DNA of 64,000 nt from Gordius albopunctatus (lineage: Eukaryota), in NCBI GenBank assembly GCA_964276515.1, contig OZ193909.1, forward strand, positions 15,872,001 through 15,936,000. The letters run 5' to 3'. Made by a program: the position numbers and the translations under genes. Below the pieces are notes generated by a model. It ran no database searches, was not told where the DNA came from, and saw nothing but the letters and a program-made list of their open reading frames with translations. Positions 62,032-64,000 of the stretch are shown piece by piece; the first letter of the stretch is position 1; each line of letters opens with the position of its first letter.

Positions 62032-63512
62032 TAGTGCTCTAATCTGCAAACATTTTTAAAAAATCGAACGCGTTCACGTTCGTTCAAAATTTTATGATAA
62101 TTCTTTTTTAAATAAAATTTAATATAAATAAATGTCTTATATTTTTTAATACAATAAATTGCCATGATAAAAAATAATAGTTTTATTTCGACAATATAAT
62201 TATAAATCAATATAATCGAATAGAGCGAATATAAAGATTATTTATTTATAAAAAAATTTCTTATTGATTTTTAATAATAATTGTTTTTCAAAATTGTCGT
62301 CTGATAAGGAGGAACGCTTGGCAGTTAATACAGCATTAGCTATACTAAAAACCCGCTCCACAGGGGCAGATGAGGGGATTGGAGTAATATACTTTATAAA
62401 CAAATTTTTTAAAGCAGGAAATTTATTAAAAACATTTAATGTTTTGTCCCTCGCTTCAAAATATTGCGATGAGATATCATCCTCCAATGCGCCCTCTACT
62501 TCCTCGCCAAAAAATGATATCTCGGAATCGACAGTTCTTTCATTATCAATACTAGAGGTTTCAATCCCTTTTTCAATAATACTAAAGTATTATTCGATTC
62601 TTATTCAAAAAAAGCTGATCAGGAAAAAAGGTAATAAACGAATGGGAACATTTGGTAATTTCTGCGTATAGTGCAAAATATCTAATTGAGAATTTAAACG
62701 TATTCTCCCGCAATTTAGATTAATCCATGGATTTAAGATTCTTTCGCAATTTAGATTTAACCTTCTAACGGAAGTTTTCCCACTATTTTCGAATATTCCA
62801 TTTTCTATACCATTTTTGAATATCTTATTAATAAATCTAATTATTAGATCATATTTTTAAAAATCCTATTTTTGAATATCTAACCCATTTTTATATATTC
62901 AATATTAAAATTTTATTTTCAAATTTGCTATGCAACATACTCCTCATAAGACATCAAGTACATTTTAGGGTCTAGATTTTTTTATTAGCTTTTTTTCTGA
63001 TCAGCTTTTATTTTGAAGAGCTTTTTTTTGAACAGAAACGGTTTATTTATTATAGGTTCATTTTAATTATTGAATTTGATCCTTTATATGAAACGAGTGA
63101 AAAATATTTTTCACATTTTGGCCATGGCAATTCATCTGCTGATTTTGAATACTCAGAATCTGAAGATGACGACGATATAATATTATGATTGTCCATATTA
63201 ACCTATAAATTAAACTATAATTAATAATATCCAATTAATTAACTTTAATCTTATCTTCTTTTGCACGTTATGGTATGTTAAAAGTATTTCGGAATTGGTA
63301 ATAGGAAACAGGAAAAACAGCTGATTAAAAAATAAGACTTTTTGTTAAAAATTCGGATTAACATCAATTTTCACATAAATAAAAATAAAAAAGGGTTTTT
63401 AAAATTGAACGAACGTTAAATTCGAACGCGTTCATAAAAAAAGGAACGCGTTAACGTTCAAAGTTCACAAAAAAAAGAACGCCGTTCATGAACGCGTTCA
63501 TTTACAACATTA
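62032..63512 (-). mobile_element. Internally deleted hAT transposon, copy 3 (more diverged) in SLC6 intron 7, with an internal insertion
   Basis: Same body as 33114-34165; ORF 62242-62487 (SSAPVERVFS); degenerate TIRs TAGTGCT.. / TTACAACATTA. Confidence 0.88.
62596..63039. mobile_element. TIR element (possibly a Mutator-like MITE) nested in hAT copy 3
   Basis: Absent from copies 1 and 2; inverted repeats TTCAAAAAAAGCTGATCAGGAAAAAAGGTAATAAA / TTTATTAGCTTTTTTTCTGATCAGCTTTTATTTTGAA; the host AGTTTATTC motif appears imperfectly duplicated on both sides. Confidence 0.65.
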
Positions 63513-64000
63513 CAAATATGTGCTTGTTCCAGCAAATATCTTATAGAAATAATTATGAAAGAAAAAGATTTATATTTGGTTTATTACAAATTCGCGCATA
63601 TGGCAATATGTTAAACGATTATTCATGAGGGCTAATCTATAAGACACCTGATTAAATTGTTTGATTTTCATATATATTTATAGCGGTTTATTGATTTCAA
63701 GTAAAATGGTAGTGTAGATACAGGCTAATGTTATTTAATATAGGTATAACATTTAAAAAAACACTATTACATTCTTAAAGATTCTAAAATCGATTTGATT
63801 GTTTTGATTAAAGTTACTGGTTAAGACATTTTAAATACCTAATTCTACTATTGACTGACATTTTTCAACTTTAAAAATTGTATTAGCTCTAGTCAAAAAG
63901 ATACATACCAATTTTTTCTATATAATATTATATGATGTTTTAAAAAGAGTGTCAAACGGTGTTATATGCTCGAATATGTGATTAAACTAGACAAAAATAT

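Overview
AT-rich invertebrate (metazoan) nuclear DNA; I cannot identify the species from the sequence. Host genes: (1) the last 23 exons of a single-chain eukaryotic NADH-dependent glutamate synthase (+, 382-17832, 5' part outside the window); (2) a complete 4-exon RNA polymerase II subunit RPB11 gene (-, 22449-22961) that the ORF track misses because 36-, 39- and 84-nt introns split it; (3) a 2-exon promethin/LDAF1-like membrane protein gene (+, 35915-36612); (4) an initiator tRNA-Met (44645-44716); (5) the first 7 coding exons of an SLC6 GABA-transporter-like gene (+, 50475-61933, continues past the window). The rest is dense in transposable elements: several hAT families and their MITEs with 8-bp TSDs, a Helitron with nested inserts, DINE-1/Helentron-like elements carrying tRNA-derived B-box repeats, RTE and RLE-type LINE fragments, a solo LTR, a foldback element and a mariner remnant. 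The most striking structure is 33114-44403, where two direct copies of one hAT element have swapped target-site duplications and enclose a circularly permuted 9.2-kb segment carrying the LDAF1-like gene. Also notable are the very degenerate 5' splice sites and several 34-41 nt mini-introns. All alignments were done by eye, so coordinates may be off by a few bases.
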